This document shows, in pieces, positions 61,885 through 64,000 of a DNA stretch of 64,000 nt. The DNA is taken from NCBI GenBank assembly GCA_013265495.1, contig MU058824.1, positions 5,847,245 to 5,911,244 on the forward strand, in the 5' to 3' direction. Numbering within the stretch: the first letter of the stretch is position 1; each line of letters starts with the position of its first letter. The notes under the pieces were generated by a model, which worked only from the letters and a program-made list of their open reading frames with translations, was not told where the DNA came from and did no database searches. This stretch comes from Vicugna vicugna (lineage: Eukaryota). Both the position numbers and the translations under genes were made by a program.

Positions 61885-63270
61885 TTTCCACCAGGTTCTA
61901 GGTTGTGGGTATTCAGTGGAGAACAATAAAAGTTCCTGCTTTCACAGCATTTACATGCTGGTTAGAGAGGTAGATAATAAACTAGTAAAAATGTAATATA
62001 GTAGTAATAGTGTTATGTAGTAAATACATTCTATGAGGAAAGATGTAAGGGAATCAAATGTGACAGAGGGTAGATTTTTAGATAGAGTAAGCAGAGAAAG
62101 TCTCTCTGAAGATGTGACATTTGAGCATATGTGAAAGAGGTAAGGGGTGGGCCATGTAAAGTTCTTTGGAAGAGTGTTCCAGAGGGGGAAAAAAACCAGC
62201 ATGTGGGAATAACCTTGGTGTGTTTGTGGAAGACAAGAAAACCATGTGTCTACAGTGCAATAAGGAAGGAGATGGGCCCAGAGAAGAGGTTGAAGAGCTA
62301 TGTAGGGAGCCAGTTACATAAATCCTTGTAGGCCCTGCTAAGGAGTCTAGCATTTTTTCTTGCTGAGCACAGAAGAAACAGAACCTGATCACCAGAACCA
62401 AGTTCACTTGGTTTGTGAAGACTTGACTGCGGAGTGCCAAGATGAAATGCAGGCCAGGTCGGAGACCTTGCAATGGTGGCTTGGGCAAGGTGGCTGATGC
62501 AGGGGGAGGAGGAAATCAGAATCTGACAATACTTTGAAGGTATTAGATGTGGAAAATGAACAAAAGAATAGAGTACAACATAATCTTAGATTTTTGGCAT
62601 GAGCAAATAGTTGAACAGTGATGCTCTTTTCTAAGATAAGGAATACTAAAGGTGGAGAAGGAAGGCTTAATGGTGAAAATCAAGACTTATGCTGTGGTCA
62701 TGTTAATTTTAATATGCTTCCTAAACATCCAGGAGAGGACTGTGAAGAACAGCTAGGATAGAAAAGTCTGGAATGCATTGAAGCAGTCAGAACTGCTCTG
62801 AAGAAGGGGTAGGGATGGGAGTCACTAACTGTGCCTAATGCTGATAATAGATTGAAAAGATGGGAACAAATAATTGATCACTGGCATCAGAAAAAATGAA
62901 AATCCTGTTTAGAATAGTGAAAACCTTGATTGATGGGGTAATAAGGACAAAGGCCTGATTGGAGTGGCTTAGGAGAGAGCAGGAGATAAAGTGGAGATAA
63001 TGTAGTTAGACATGTCTTTTCAGCAGTTTTGCCAAAAGAGGAGCAGAGTCATGGGATAATAGCTGGAGGGGAACTTGAGCTATGATTTTTTTAAAGACAG
63101 ATATTTATGCATGTTTGTAAGTTGATGGAAATGCTTAGTAGAGAAAAAAATAGTGATGAAGGCAAAAAGACAGGATAATTGTAGAAGCAAAGTCCTTGAG
63201 TAATAGAGAAGAAACAGGAGATGGCTCTTAGAAGCAAGACAATTCATCCATTATAATAGGAAGAAAGTAA
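61885..63270 (-). mobile_element. L2a, long (~1.4 kb) 3' segment
   Basis: CAGAGAAAGTCTCTCTGAAGATGTGACATTTGAGCA...AAGAGTGTTCCAGAG...AGATTTTTGGCATGAGCAA...AAGGCCTGATTGGAGTGG. Confidence 0.85.
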
Positions 63271-63289
63271 ATGTTCGACATTATTATGC

Positions 63290-63645
63290 AACATTATACA
63301 GCAGCGAGCATGTATGAATTCAGTGTAATGAAATAATCTCACAAACAAAATGCTGAGCAAAAGAAGCAAGCAACAGAAAAATGCACATGGTATAACCACT
63401 CAAATGAAGGTAAACAAATAATATACGGTAAAGATACAATCAAGTGAAAAACTATATTTTCAAATGGAGGAAACAGTAAACACAAAGTACAGAATAATGG
63501 TCATATTTCAGGGCAGGCTATAGAGGTAGCTTCAATTTTACTAGTAAAGTCTATTTCATAAGTTGGAGGTAGGATCATAAGTCTTAATTTTTTATGCTTC
63601 TTAACGTAACTTTATTTGTATTAAACAATATACAACAATTTAAAA
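63290..63645 (+). mobile_element. L1ME-like 3' fragment
   Basis: AATCTCACAAACAAAATGCTGAGCAAAAGAAGCAAGCAACAGAAAAATGCACATGGTATAA. Confidence 0.7.
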
Positions 63646-63816
63646 GTATTCTGCTAGGATTTCAAAGTGAGTAGTCTTGGGAAGCATTCCATGTGACTCT
63701 AACACAGAGAAAGTGTCTCCACTGATTTCTCAGAGTCATTAATTTTAGAACATTGATGAAATTCTGTGCTTGTAGTAGTTGCTTAAGCCTATAGAACCTC
63801 CATCCATACTGGAAAC

Positions 63817-64000
63817 ATTTTTCTTTTTTTTAAATTGAAGTATAGTTGATTTACAATGCTGTGTTAGTTTATGGTGTACAGTATATTGATTCAGTCATAT
63901 ATATGTATATACATATTATTTTTCATATTGTTTTTCATTATAGGTTATTACAAGATATTGAATATAGTTCCCTGTGATATATCATACGACCTTAATGTTT
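63817..64000 (-). mobile_element. Cetartiodactyl-type L1 3' end (continues past window)
   Basis: Poly(T), then TTAAATTGAAGTATAGTTGATTTACAATGCTGTGTTAGTTTATGGTGTACAG...GGTTATTACAAGATATTGAATATAGTTCCCTGTG. Confidence 0.9.

Noticed and set aside
1..64000. Protein-coding genes from the six-frame ORF track
   Set aside because: All ORFs are 136 aa or shorter, many start at non-ATG codons, many lie within repeats, and none resembles a protein I recognise.
1..64000. CRISPR array, operon or other prokaryote-type system
   Set aside because: The DNA is clearly mammalian, with no regularly spaced repeats and no gene-dense structure.

Overview
This is AT-rich, CpG-depleted placental-mammal DNA, most likely camelid (camel/alpaca/llama). 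The evidence is a Vic-1-type tRNA-derived SINE at ~48.85-48.98 kb plus cetartiodactyl-type L1 3' ends. I find no recognisable protein-coding exon, RNA gene, CpG island or CRISPR-like array. The six-frame ORFs are short and mostly fall in decayed repeats. The window reads as intronic or intergenic DNA: a mosaic of old transposon relics (MIR, L2, L3/CR1, L1M, HAL1, MaLR/ERVL LTRs, hAT and Tigger elements) separated by multi-kb stretches with no repeat I could recognise. The best-supported observations are nested insertion histories: a two-LTR MaLR provirus interrupted by MER21, an L1 then SINE double insertion at one target, MER58 inside HAL1, MER20 inside L2, and a MER45 with an intact 8-bp TSD. 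There is also a near-full-length HAL1 and a de novo 32-bp palindrome inside an L1 relic. More speculative are a near-consensus CTCF motif and several + strand mini-exon-like cassettes. I cannot support a new biological system here. Repeat family names come from my recall of consensus sequences, not a database search, and most boundaries are approximate.
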